Shown here in pieces: positions 51,231-61,642 of a DNA stretch of 64,000 bases. Each line of letters opens with the position of its first letter. Within the stretch, counting starts at the first letter, position 1. The notes under the pieces were generated by a model, which saw only the letters and a list, made by a program, of their open reading frames with translations, was not told the DNA's origin and made no database searches. Position numbers and translations under genes: made by a program. Source of the stretch: Desulfatiglandales bacterium (lineage in GTDB: Bacteria > Desulfobacterota > DSM-4660 > Desulfatiglandales > HGW-15); assembly GCA_963667015.2 (NCBI GenBank), contig CAXXJJ010000001.1:2496001-2560000 (forward strand), in the 5' to 3' direction.

Positions 51231-52265
51231 ATTTTACTGAGCAGGGTGAACTGGTAATGGACCCCATGGCAGGCGGAGGGGTTGTGCCTGACACATGCCT
51301 TGTAATGAACCGCAGATGTGTGAGTTTTGACATGGATGTAGATCCCGCTGCCCGGCCAGAGATAGAAAAGTGGTTCTGGGACCCTGATAATATGAAATGG
51401 CCGCTGGACAGGAAAACAAAACCCGATTTTATCCTGTTTGATCCTCCATATTTCAGTAAAAAAATAGATGGGTATCATAAAGACAGTATAGCGGGCCTTG
51501 CAAAAAAAGAGTACCTCCGGTTCTTTGAAAGGTTCTTTACCCTTGCCTGTGAAAACAGCAAAAAGGAAACCATAATAGCGATTATCAATGCCGACTGGAG
51601 AGACTTTCAGGGGAGGCCTGCAAGGGAAGAGACATGGGAAAATTCCATTTTAATAGATGATTATTTGAGTGCGCTAAAAAAAGGAGGATGGAAGATGACC
51701 CATATGATACAGGCGCCCATGTCATCGGAGCGTTTCAATGGGGGTGTTGTGTCTGCAATGCAGAAAAAGAAAATACTGGGGGTGACAAGTCGCTACGTTA
51801 TCGTAGCTAAAAAGCCAGCGTGAAGCGGTTAAGGCTGAAGGCTGTTAGGTTTCCCCGTCATTCCGCGACTTGATTATCAGAGCCATTTGTCCCGACGTCT
51901 TGTCAGGGCGAAGCTTTATGCAGAGACTTAAACCTGGTTGTCCCTTGCATTTCCAATCTTGAATGTTTTCCCTGTGAAATTCGCATAGCGAACTGCGAAG
52001 CAGTATTTAACAGGGTTGAATATTGAACCTTGAATTAGCTTTTCCTGAACCCTGACTTCAGACCTCTGGTATCTGACCTCTATCTTTTCCTTCTTGCATT
52101 TATTACAAAAAAGTCTTAAATCTAACCCATTGTATCAACTCAGAAACAATGAATTACTGCACCTGTCCGCCATAGCTTTCAAGCGAAGGTGGATTAAAGC
52201 GCCCCAGGCGCATTGTCTTATGTTTTTCCAAATAAAATATTTTGTCGTCATTCCCCGACTTGACC

Positions 52266-54640
52266 CTGTCTCTGGGACACACTTGACACCGTGGGTAATT
52301 GATGCTAGAATCGGTAGCATGTGGATAAATGGACAACATATTAATGAGAAGCTGATTGAAAAGATAAGCAAGGCTATTGAGTCAGAGCCTGAGATATCCA
52401 GGCGAGAGTTATCGAGACGGGTGTGTGAGTGGGTAGGCTGGCGATCAGCGAATGGCAAGCTTAAGGAAATGAGCTGCAGGAAAGTGCTTCAGGAACTACA
52501 AAGGCGAGGAAGCATCAGGTTACCTAAAAGTGAAAAAACTTATGGATTTCAAAACATCAATGTTGAAAAAGGACAGGTATTACCCTGGGTAAAAGAAGCG
52601 GATTGTGATCTTAGCGGACTGGGCAGAGTCGAGGTAATACCTGTAAGCAGCCGTTACAGCAAGAGCTCTCGTGACTGGAACCAGTTGCTTGATGGGTATC
52701 ATTACCTTGGGCGGGGGCCTTTATGTGGAGCACAGATTCGCTATTTGATTAAGAGTGAAAAATATGGCTGCATAGGTGGCATGAGCTTTAGCGGAGCGAC
52801 CCGTAAATTAAAGTCACGAGAGGAATGGATAGGATGGAGCGAAGGAGCCCGAAGACAAAATTTAGAGAAGGTGGTATGCAACAGCCGCTTTTTAATAGTC
52901 CCGACAATAAGGGTGAAGAACCTTTCATCGCATGTATTAAGCCTGAGCCTTAAGCGATTGAGAGAGGATTGGCTGAAAAAGTACAAATATGAGATAGAGC
53001 TTGTTGAGACCTTTGTAGATCCCGTAAGATTCAAAGGTACTAGCTATATAGCCTCGAACTGGACAAAGATAGGGGAAACTGCTGGCCGGAGAGACGGCTA
53101 CGCGAACGGGAAAATATCGAGTGGAAAGAAAGATATATATGTATATCCGCTTACGAAGGAGTATCGAGAGAGGCTATGCCATGAAAGCCCGAGTTTGTTG
53201 GGATGCGGCAAACGACTTTTCGAGCCACAGGACTGGGTTGAAGAGGAGTTTGGGGGAGTTGAGCTATACGATGGAAGATTAAAGGAAAGGTTATTTACTC
53301 TGGCGAGGGATTTTTATTCTCAGCCTGGAAAACTTGTTCCACAAGCGAGCAATGGCTCAAAGGCAAAGGTTAAGGCAGCGTACCGATTTTTTGATAATGG
53401 CAACATAGATATGCAAGTATTATTGAAACCGCACATAGAGTCGAGCATAGAGAGGATAAAGGGGCAGAGCGTTGTTCTTGCAGTACAGGATACAACTACG
53501 CTTACATATAGTCATCATGCAGTAGAAGGAATGGGGCCGGTAAACACGAAGGGAGACAGATCTGTTGGTCTGTTGGTTCATGATACCATGGCTTTTACAG
53601 AAGATGGTGTTCCATTAGGTCTTCTTGATGTTCAATGCTGGTCGAGAAAAGAGGAGGAAGCTGGTAAAAGGGAGTTTCGCGCGCGCCTGCCGATTGATCA
53701 AAAGGAAAGCATAAAATGGCTTAAGAGTTATCGGGCAGTGGAAGAAGTTCAGGGTCTTTGTCCGGATACTACGCTTGTGAGTGTTGGTGATCGAGAAGCC
53801 GATATATATGAGTTTTTCGAAGAAGCCGGCAGGAATGTATCGGGTCCGAAGCTGCTGGTTCGAGCCAAGCGTGGAGGAGGGAAGAAATCAGAAGAAGCGA
53901 GTCTTTTGGAAAAACTTTTAGAGGCTCCTTTGTCAGGCACACAGGAGCTTTTTATACCCCGAAAAGGATCACGTCGAGCTAGAACTGCTAAGTTAGGGAT
54001 ACGCTTTATCGAGATAGAGAAAAGGGCGCCCAGAAAAAAAGCCAACAGGCCGTCTATAAGGATGTGGGCGGTTCTTGCCAAGGAAATCGAAGCTGGTGAA
54101 AATGTTAAGGACCCGCTTGAATGGATATTGTTGACAACAGTTAAGACAGAAACATTTGAAGACGCTTGTAAAAGAATAGCCTGGTACAGCAAACGTTGGG
54201 GAATAGAAACATATCACCGGACATTAAAAAGCGGATGCCGGATAGAAGACCGAAGACTGGAAAATGCAGACAGGTTAGAAGCCTGCCTGGCAATTGATTT
54301 TGTAGTTGCCTGGAGAATATTCTGGATGACAAAACAAGGTCGAGAGATCCCCGACATTCCTTGTGATGTATTTTTAAGTGAAGACGAGTGGCAGGTTTTA
54401 TGGATCAAGATAAATAAAGGTCCGATTCCAGCCAAACCGCCATCTATAGGTCAAGTGCTTCCAATGATTGGAGCGCTGGGTGGATACCTCAACAGAAAGG
54501 GGGATGGTCCTCCTGGTACCACAAGTATGTGGAGAGGTCTTACGCGGCTTCAGTCTATGGCCGAAGGTTACGCACTTGCTAAAAGACACATGCAGCGAGC
54601 AGGACCTTAAACATCTGTGTCAAGTGTGGGTAATAGTCAG
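52266..54640 (+). mobile_element. IS4-family (IS50/Tn5-like) element, 2375 bp
   Basis: Ends CTGTCTCTGGGACACACTTGACAC and (reverse complement) CTGACTATTACCCACACTTGACAC; 9-bp TSD GACTTGACC / GGCTTGACC. Confidence 0.88.
52319..54610 (+). CDS. DUF4338 domain fused to a Tn5-like DDE transposase
   Basis: N-terminal YHYLG, CNSRFLI, ETFVD, GTSY.ASNW..IGET; C-terminal KAAYRFF, QDTT, GDREAD, Y.KRWGIETYHRTLKSG. Confidence 0.88.
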   Translation: MWINGQHINEKLIEKISKAIESEPEISRRELSRRVCEWVGWRSANGKLKEMSCRKVLQELQRRGSIRLPKSEKTYGFQNINVEKGQVLPWVKEADCDLSGLGRVEVIPVSSRYSKSSRDWNQLLDGYHYLGRGPLCGAQIRYLIKSEKYGCIGGMSFSGATRKLKSREEWIGWSEGARRQNLEKVVCNSRFLIVPTIRVKNLSSHVLSLSLKRLREDWLKKYKYEIELVETFVDPVRFKGTSYIASNWTKIGETAGRRDGYANGKISSGKKDIYVYPLTKEYRERLCHESPSLLGCGKRLFEPQDWVEEEFGGVELYDGRLKERLFTLARDFYSQPGKLVPQASNGSKAKVKAAYRFFDNGNIDMQVLLKPHIESSIERIKGQSVVLAVQDTTTLTYSHHAVEGMGPVNTKGDRSVGLLVHDTMAFTEDGVPLGLLDVQCWSRKEEEAGKREFRARLPIDQKESIKWLKSYRAVEEVQGLCPDTTLVSVGDREADIYEFFEEAGRNVSGPKLLVRAKRGGGKKSEEASLLEKLLEAPLSGTQELFIPRKGSRRARTAKLGIRFIEIEKRAPRKKANRPSIRMWAVLAKEIEAGENVKDPLEWILLTTVKTETFEDACKRIAWYSKRWGIETYHRTLKSGCRIEDRRLENADRLEACLAIDFVVAWRIFWMTKQGREIPDIPCDVFLSEDEWQVLWIKINKGPIPAKPPSIGQVLPMIGALGGYLNRKGDGPPGTTSMWRGLTRLQSMAEGYALAKRHMQRAGP

Positions 54641-54752
54641 GGCTTGACCGGGGAATCCAGTTGTTGTTATTTTGTGATTATTTGAAATGTTACGCTGACA
54701 ACGTAGTGCCCTTTATATTTTGATAGCCGATTAATTACAAAAAGGTAGAAAA

Positions 54753-57700
54753 TTGACAGAAATAGATTTTAGAATGATCGCACCTCACTGTGGCGGGCAG
54801 CGAGAATCATTTGAGGAGTTATGCTGCCAACTCGCGCATAGAACCGTCACAAGCGATTCAAAATATGTTCGACTTTATGGTGCTGGAGGTGATGGTGGTT
54901 TAGAATGTTTTGCTGATAATTCAACGATTACTCGTATTGGCTGGCAAGCGAAATATGTTTTCAATATAGGATCCCTCCTTACACAAGCTACTGTATCAGT
55001 AACAACTGCTTTAAAAATTCATCCTACACTAATCATATACAATGTATGTTTTCCTTTCGATCTTACTGGCCCAACTGGAAGAAAAGGGCTGAGCAGTCAA
55101 GAAAAATTTGATAATTGGCGAAAAAGTCATGAGAAAAAAGCAAAAGCTGAAGGTCGCCAATTAAATATTATTGCATGGCCGGCATCAAAGCTCAGAGAAC
55201 TATTATTGGAACATGATGTGCATGGAGGTATTAGGGAATATTTTTTTAATCAGAATATCTTAACAAATGAATGGTTCTTTGAGCATCTCGGGTTAGCAAA
55301 GAAAACTGCTGGCCCACGATACACTCCAGAGTTAAATGTTAAAACGGATTTATGGAAATGGTTTGCCGCATTTGGGCGTACATCCTTATGGTCAAATGAA
55401 TTTAATAGCAAGATTCGCGTATGCCGCAAAGCGAATGATAATCTGATTAGCACACTAAACAGAATTAAAGGTGACTCGATGTCACCAGCATGGCCAGAAA
55501 ACTTGCATGACAAAATGAAATCTTTAGTGGCAGATACCGGTGAGTTTTTAAAAACAATAGATAGTCGCTCTGCAATTGGTGATGTGGATTCCTATGATGG
55601 TTTTGTTAAAAAAATAAATACCCTTTTAAACCGCTTCAAGTCTGCTGAGATTGAATTAGTACAAGATTTTGAAACCCAACATGGGGAAGGAAAAGCTGAC
55701 TCACCTGGCTTTCGTCAATTCATGGCAGAATATATGGTTTCTTTTCCAGCAGCTAATTTGGATTACACACGAGAGGCAATTGCTGCACTTTCTAGTTTTT
55801 ATAAGTGGCTTCTTTCACCTTCTTGTTCCCTAGCGTATAATTCGGTATTTGTGCTATCAGGCGTTGCTGGATCAGGAAAGACACATGGGATATGCGATGC
55901 AGCTGAATATCGTTTTGGCAATAATCTCCTTTCGTGCATTAATTTTGGACATGAATTCAGAGGAGAACCAGACCCTTGGACGAGGATATTGGAAACTCTT
56001 GGTCTTCCTATTACACTTGGTATGAATGGTCTTTTGGATGCATTGAACGCCGCTGGTGAAGCATCTGGTTCTCTACTCATTATATTTATAGATGCGATCA
56101 ATGAAACTCGTCCTTTACGCTACTGGCGAGATCGTTTATTAGCTATCTCTCAGGCAATTAAAAGCAGGCCGAATCTACGTCTTTGCTTAACATGTAGGAC
56201 TTCATTTTTATCCTTTTGCCTTCCTGATAAGCATAATTTGCTGATCGTTGAACATACAGGGTTCGCAGGTATCGAACGAGACGCATGCCAGGCATTTTTC
56301 CATCATTACAATCTCGAACCCCCTATCTCGCCTATCCTACAACCCGAATTATCAAATCCCCTATACCTTAAGCTTGTCTGTGAAACTCTGCGTTCTCGTG
56401 ACCTCTATCGTATGCCATCAGGTTGGCATGGCTTAGCTCCAACCATTCGCGCTTTCCTTGACGAAAAAGAACAGCAATTTGCAACAGAATATGAAACTAG
56501 TGAGGGTGCGAAGATTGTGAGTGGCTCTCTCATGGCAATAGTTCGGGCAATCGTTGAAATGCAAGAGTCTTCAATCGCATGGTCTCAAGCACAAAAAGTA
56601 ATTGCTGATGCTCGACCTCAAGCAAACACATTGCCTGTTCTTGATTGGCTTGTGCGTGCAGACTTGTTAGTAGAGGACGCTCCATCATCAAAAACACAAT
56701 TTGATAATGATAGTGTTGTTCGGCCGGCGTTCGAGCGTCTTGGAGATTTTCTAATTGCGACGGAGTTGCTAGAAAGAAGTAAACAAATAGGCCTTGATGT
56801 GGCTTGTCAATCAGGAGGGATAATCTACAAACTGTTTGAGAATCATAATGCTCTGGAACAAAATAGAGGTGTACTTGCTGCGCTTTCAATACTTGTCGCA
56901 GAACAAAATAATGGAGTGGAACTCCCAAATTTTGTTAATAATGTCGATATACGTAACATATTGAAACGAATTGTGATTCAATCGTTTCCATCGAGAGATC
57001 CAAGTTCATTCACAGATAGATCAGAATTATTAATTCGGGAAGCATTGGGATGGAACGATTTCTCCTTTGAAGCGATGGACTCTTTGCTTTCTATATCATG
57101 GCAACCTTCTGTTATCGATGCAATATGGATTGACTCGCTCTTAAAAGAGAAATCACTGGCAAAGCGTGACGCTTATTGGTGTGGATATCTTCACCAACGA
57201 TTTGAGTCAAAAGGTACAGTTCCACGCTTGATAAATGCCGCATTTGAACTACCTTTAGAGCAGCTCGATAATGATATAGCCGAACGATGGTGTACGATTC
57301 TATTATGGTTTACTGCAGCCGCAGATCGTCGCGTGAAAGATTTCGCTACACGTGCTTCAACAGAAATTTTAACTGCCAATCCCAAGATAATACCAAACGT
57401 GTTACAACGCTTGCTTTCCAGTGATGATGATACCGTTCGAGAGCGAACTCTCTTATGTTGTTACGGTGCATTAATTCTTTCCCAAGATACTAGTATACTT
57501 AAGCTTGTCGTAACGTTGCTTTATGAAGCTTTCCAATCTAAACCTAGAACATTTGATAATGCTTTAATCCGTGATTTGACTAGATGCATCTTTGAAGCGG
57601 CAAAAGAACTAGATGTTTTGACACAAGATTATGATCCATTGTTGACTATGCAACCGATAGATTCAGAATGGCCTCAAGTGCTACCATCCGATGACCAAAT

Positions 57701-58970
57701 TGAAAAGTGGGGAGAATTATTACATTTCAAGCCTGATGAATTTTTTAGTGACTTCTTTAAATATTCTATGAACTGTCTTAGGTCTTGGATGCACGCTTTT
57801 TCAAAAAAAGAAATGGGGATATGGATACTTCAGAGAATTGCAAGTGACTTCGGTTATGAAGGGTCAGGATGTGAAAGATACGATGGCTATATGCTTGGAA
57901 CTTATGGAGGAGGTAGAGCTAAACCAAAATGGGCAGAAAGGATTGGTAAAAAATACCAGTGGACTGGAATGTTCCAATTAGCCTCCCGCTTATATGATCA
58001 TGTAGAACAAAAACAAGACAGCTGGGACATAAAGCCATTACGAAAGCCATTAATTTTACTCGAGGAACGAAAAATCGACCCAACGTTGTCACATAGAATC
58101 GATGCAAGTTATAAAAACAGTGATACTTGGTGGATGGGAGATTCGGTCAACCTGAAATTGGGAGAACATATGAATGACACGGATTGGGTCAACTTTGAAG
58201 GAGACCTTCCATCATTGACCAAAATTTTGTCAATTAAGGAACATGATGGGCAAAGATGGCTATTGCTCGCTTCGTATCCTTCTTGGGATGATCGTTCTGA
58301 AGATGCTGATTGGGGTGAACAATATCGCCAAGTTTGGTTTCATATTGAGGGCTATTTGGTTGCCAAAGACGATGTTGATATAGGTTATAATTGCCTTCAC
58401 CGCCGAAATTTATTTGGGGGATGGATGATTGAAGGATCTTCCTGGCTTTATGGGTTTGCGGGTGAATATCCATGGGCAACTCCCTTTAATATTGAAAAAG
58501 ATGAATGGCATAGTAGGGGAGGATTTGGGAAAAAGTTACCTGTGATTTATACACCTGTATGGAATGAACTAGCGGTGGAATGGGAATATGATGCTTCTTT
58601 AGAAGAAAGTTTCCATATGCTCGTACCTGCACGTACTTTTTTTTCTCCTTCTGATCTATGGTGGAATCGACTAGATGGATATAAACTCAAAAACGGGAGA
58701 AGTGTTTTTCGGGATATTTCTGTTTCAGAAGGTGGCCCACGCTCACTAATAGCAGATGTTCACGATTTACTAGAAAGATTGGACAAACTTGGACTTAGGA
58801 TTATTTGGGGTGTCCTTGGTGAAAAATGGATATTAGGAGGACCGCACGATAGACGGACTCCTACTCGAACTTTTAGCCAAATCGCCAGATTGGAAGAAGA
58901 TGGTTCAGTTCATATAGGTGATCGCGTATTTTTCGATGATTATGATAAAGATACTGGTCCCATAATGTAA
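54753..58970 (+). CDS. STAND NTPase antiphage protein (AVAST type 2-like) with N-terminal nuclease
   Basis: FEELC...GDGGLEC...WQAK nuclease motif; GVAGSGKT; IDAINE; NPLYLKLVCE; ERIGKKYQW. Confidence 0.8.
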   Translation: MTEIDFRMIAPHCGGQRESFEELCCQLAHRTVTSDSKYVRLYGAGGDGGLECFADNSTITRIGWQAKYVFNIGSLLTQATVSVTTALKIHPTLIIYNVCFPFDLTGPTGRKGLSSQEKFDNWRKSHEKKAKAEGRQLNIIAWPASKLRELLLEHDVHGGIREYFFNQNILTNEWFFEHLGLAKKTAGPRYTPELNVKTDLWKWFAAFGRTSLWSNEFNSKIRVCRKANDNLISTLNRIKGDSMSPAWPENLHDKMKSLVADTGEFLKTIDSRSAIGDVDSYDGFVKKINTLLNRFKSAEIELVQDFETQHGEGKADSPGFRQFMAEYMVSFPAANLDYTREAIAALSSFYKWLLSPSCSLAYNSVFVLSGVAGSGKTHGICDAAEYRFGNNLLSCINFGHEFRGEPDPWTRILETLGLPITLGMNGLLDALNAAGEASGSLLIIFIDAINETRPLRYWRDRLLAISQAIKSRPNLRLCLTCRTSFLSFCLPDKHNLLIVEHTGFAGIERDACQAFFHHYNLEPPISPILQPELSNPLYLKLVCETLRSRDLYRMPSGWHGLAPTIRAFLDEKEQQFATEYETSEGAKIVSGSLMAIVRAIVEMQESSIAWSQAQKVIADARPQANTLPVLDWLVRADLLVEDAPSSKTQFDNDSVVRPAFERLGDFLIATELLERSKQIGLDVACQSGGIIYKLFENHNALEQNRGVLAALSILVAEQNNGVELPNFVNNVDIRNILKRIVIQSFPSRDPSSFTDRSELLIREALGWNDFSFEAMDSLLSISWQPSVIDAIWIDSLLKEKSLAKRDAYWCGYLHQRFESKGTVPRLINAAFELPLEQLDNDIAERWCTILLWFTAAADRRVKDFATRASTEILTANPKIIPNVLQRLLSSDDDTVRERTLLCCYGALILSQDTSILKLVVTLLYEAFQSKPRTFDNALIRDLTRCIFEAAKELDVLTQDYDPLLTMQPIDSEWPQVLPSDDQIEKWGELLHFKPDEFFSDFFKYSMNCLRSWMHAFSKKEMGIWILQRIASDFGYEGSGCERYDGYMLGTYGGGRAKPKWAERIGKKYQWTGMFQLASRLYDHVEQKQDSWDIKPLRKPLILLEERKIDPTLSHRIDASYKNSDTWWMGDSVNLKLGEHMNDTDWVNFEGDLPSLTKILSIKEHDGQRWLLLASYPSWDDRSEDADWGEQYRQVWFHIEGYLVAKDDVDIGYNCLHRRNLFGGWMIEGSSWLYGFAGEYPWATPFNIEKDEWHSRGGFGKKLPVIYTPVWNELAVEWEYDASLEESFHMLVPARTFFSPSDLWWNRLDGYKLKNGRSVFRDISVSEGGPRSLIADVHDLLERLDKLGLRIIWGVLGEKWILGGPHDRRTPTRTFSQIARLEEDGSVHIGDRVFFDDYDKDTGPIM

Positions 58971-59246
58971 AGTAGAAATTGACAAGATCTCCGATTATCT
59001 ATTACTAAAAGGGTGACGCTGTTAAGATCGGCGGGAGATTTAAAGTTTATTCTTCAAAACAGTGAAAAAAGGATCGCCACAATAACGATAAATCAAGTTG
59101 TTTTATATGGGTGTCTGCTCTTTTTAGACTTGCATCCTGCCTCTTTTTAAAGAAAGTAAAAGGTGAAATCTGCTGTTCCATAAATTTTTGGAACAGGCTG
59201 GAAATTTATCATAGAAACCGGCTAAGAAATTGATATTGCAATTGTG

Positions 59247-59276
59247 AAATAGGGGTCGTACTTCAAAATATCAATT
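59247..59276 (+). repeat. 30-bp direct repeat, copy 1
   Basis: AAATAGGGGTCGTACTTCAAAATATCAATT. Confidence 0.75.
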
Positions 59277-59329
59277 GAGTTGTCTATATTGGAGAAAGAA
59301 TTAATGAAAGGTATATTAGAGGTAAAAGG

Positions 59330-60160
59330 ATGAGCAAAAAAAAGATTTCGAATCTTCCCATAAATAAAGAGGTCTCGATGGTACGCTCATCAGCAGCAGA
59401 ATATCTGACTTTTATAGCAGCCACAGGCAATAGTGAAACCAGCGTCGAAATGCGTTATGAAGATGAAAATATCTGGCTGACTCAAAAAATGATGGCGACC
59501 CTTTATAATGTTACAGTATCAGCTATTAATCAACATTTGAAAACTATATATAACGACAATGAACTGGAACGTGAGGCAACTGTTAAGAAATACTTAATAG
59601 TTCAATCCGAAGGCAGTAGGCAGGTAAAGCGTGAGGTAGAGCACTATAATCTGCAAGTCATCATTGCTGTGGGTTTTAAAATAGAGAATGAACGGGCAGT
59701 GCAATTTCGTAAATGGGCAAACCAGATCGTTAAAGATTATACCATCCAGGGTTGGACCATGGATGTTGAGCGACTCAAACACAGCGGCAGTATTCTGGAT
59801 GATGAATATTTTGAGCGTCAACTGGAAAAGATCAGGGAAATCCGACTTTCTGAGCGCAAATTTTACCAGAAAATTACGGATATTTATGCCACCTCATTGG
59901 ATTACGATCCCTCAGCCACTGCCACCAAACGTTTCTTTGCTGCTGTTCAGAATAAATTACATTATGCCATTCATGGCCAGACAGCCGCAGAAGTTGTTGT
60001 TACACGAGCGGATCACCAAAAGGAGCACATGGGGCTTACCAGTTGGGAAGGTTCACCTGCTGGTAAAATCCATAAATATGATGTCACTATTTCCGGCATG
60101 CCACTCAAGTCAAGAAAAGATAAATGTAATACTCAATGGAAAAATTGGAAACGTTGTTAA
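59330..60160 (+). pseudogene. RhuM-family protein, 3' truncated
   Basis: RSSAAEYLTF, IWLTQKMMA, IREIRLSERKFYQKITDIY, VQNKLH; recognisable similarity ends at KYDVTI (~60091). Confidence 0.8.
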
Positions 60161-60186
60161 TTTAACTATTTATCAGGAATATGCCA

Positions 60187-60774
60187 TGACTGTTTCTTTT
60201 CTCACATCTGACTATGCCTCCTGGCTAAAGGAACTAAAGGGAAAAATTCGAAGGGCACAGGTGAAAGCATCACTTGCTGCAAGCAGTGTACTTATAGACT
60301 TTTATTTTGAACTTGGTAAATCGATTTCAGAAAAAGACATCGTCTGGGGAAGTAAATTCCTCGAACAGCTCTCAAGAGATCTAAAAATGGAATTCCCTGA
60401 TATGCAGGGCTTTTCTGTTACTAATCTTAAGTATTGCCGCCTGTTTTATAAATATATTGCAATCCGTCCCCAGGCTGAGGACGAAATCGACAAAGCAGTT
60501 GGTCCCCGGGCCGGGGACGAATTTAAAACAGTTGTAGGCTCTCCTCAGTATCAGTTAATCAGGCAACTCCCATGGGGGCATCAAACTGTTGATTAACAAG
60601 ATAAAGAGCCCCGATGAGATTCTTTTTTACACTAACCAGACACTTGAAAATGGTTGGAGCAGGGATGTTATGGCCCTGCAAATCAAGTCTGATCTTTATT
60701 CCAGGCAGGGTAATGCAGTTACAAATTTTAAAGGGGTAGAGGTGTCAGACCTTGAATATTTCCATTTAAACTAG
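60187..60774 (+). pseudogene. YhcG/DUF1016 family N-terminal part, frameshifted and truncated
   Basis: WGSKFLEQLSRDL..EFPDMQGFS..NLKY, LPWGH (frameshift), FY....ENGWSR..., G.AVTNF; no nuclease domain follows. Confidence 0.8.
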
Positions 60775-60841
60775 TGTAATAAGGATCTTATGACTACCCA
60801 GTTTGTTATCACCTATCTGATGAATTAATAGGCTTAAAAAT

Positions 60842-61339
60842 ATGACCCCAAAAAAGAAACAAAAATTGGGTGAATTGGCTCCTTTATATAAATTCACTAT
60901 CAATCCATATCCTGATCAACAGTATTCAAGTTGCCCATCCTGTGGGCAAAGAAATGGACAACGTAAACTTCCTCTGGTTATTCATGTTGATCCCAGACAA
61001 TTGATATCTCTCAATTATACATGTCGATACTGTAAGAAATGTGATTTACTTATTGCCCATAAGCATAAAATAGAACACATTTTGACAGAGATGTTTATGA
61101 GTATTGATCCTGATTCCATTGGAAATGAATACCTGATTATCGGTACGCTTGAGAAAAAGGCATGGCGTGAAAGCATGAAACAACCCAAAAATCAAGCAGA
61201 GATATTTTCTCAATTACATGATTTTAAAATGGTTTTATCGGAAATAAGGATGACTCAACCAGGATGGTATGGTCCTGGTCAACAACCACCGATCATGGAG
61301 CCACCCGTATCAAACGAATGGATGAGTAATAAAATTTAA
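60842..61339 (+). CDS. Hypothetical zinc-finger protein
   Basis: CPSC and CRYCKKC. Confidence 0.6.
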   Translation: MTPKKKQKLGELAPLYKFTINPYPDQQYSSCPSCGQRNGQRKLPLVIHVDPRQLISLNYTCRYCKKCDLLIAHKHKIEHILTEMFMSIDPDSIGNEYLIIGTLEKKAWRESMKQPKNQAEIFSQLHDFKMVLSEIRMTQPGWYGPGQQPPIMEPPVSNEWMSNKI

Positions 61340-61366
61340 AACAATATATTATTCAAGGAGATAAAA

Positions 61367-61546
61367 ATGAAAAATGTGGAGATGAAGTTAGAAGAGAATA
61401 TACTGACTATAAAAGTAGATATTACAAAAGAATTTGGTCCGTCTTCATCAGGAAAAACCATTATTATTGCTTCGTCTGAAGGGAATATCCCAATCCCGGA
61501 GAAGGATGAAATAAAGATTGGATTAAACGTCTATAGGAAAAAATAA
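61367..61546 (+). CDS. 59-aa hypothetical protein (absent from ORF track)
   Basis: AAGGAG RBS; MKNVEMKLEENILTIKVDITKEFGPSSSGKTIIIASSEGNIPIPEKDEIKIGLNVYRKK*. Confidence 0.8.
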   Translation: MKNVEMKLEENILTIKVDITKEFGPSSSGKTIIIASSEGNIPIPEKDEIKIGLNVYRKK

Positions 61547-61642
61547 TTGGCATTATAAATGGCAATTTTGGCAGTTTCCTGGTTTCCACAGTCTCAGTAG
61601 AAACCTATTCTCCACGCACCGCGTGGTAAATTACGAGTAAAA

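Larger units (their letters stand above)
48733..51823 (+). pseudogene. ParB-domain/HTH/amino-DNA methyltransferase fusion, interrupted by ISL3 (plus -1 frameshift at ~48927)
   Basis: ParB motifs GLIEPV, GERRLR, ENLQRENLS; MTase motifs PGRIP, DPMAGGG, DPPY. Removing the IS joins LYYFT|EQGELVMDPMAG in frame. Confidence 0.85.

Noticed and set aside
52094..52318. N-terminal extension of the IS4 transposase in the ORF track
   Set aside because: It runs across the IS end at 52266; the real start is likely the ATG at 52319.
52319..54610. Druantia defence system
   Set aside because: Only the DUF4338 domain is present, inside an IS; no DruE helicase or other dru genes.
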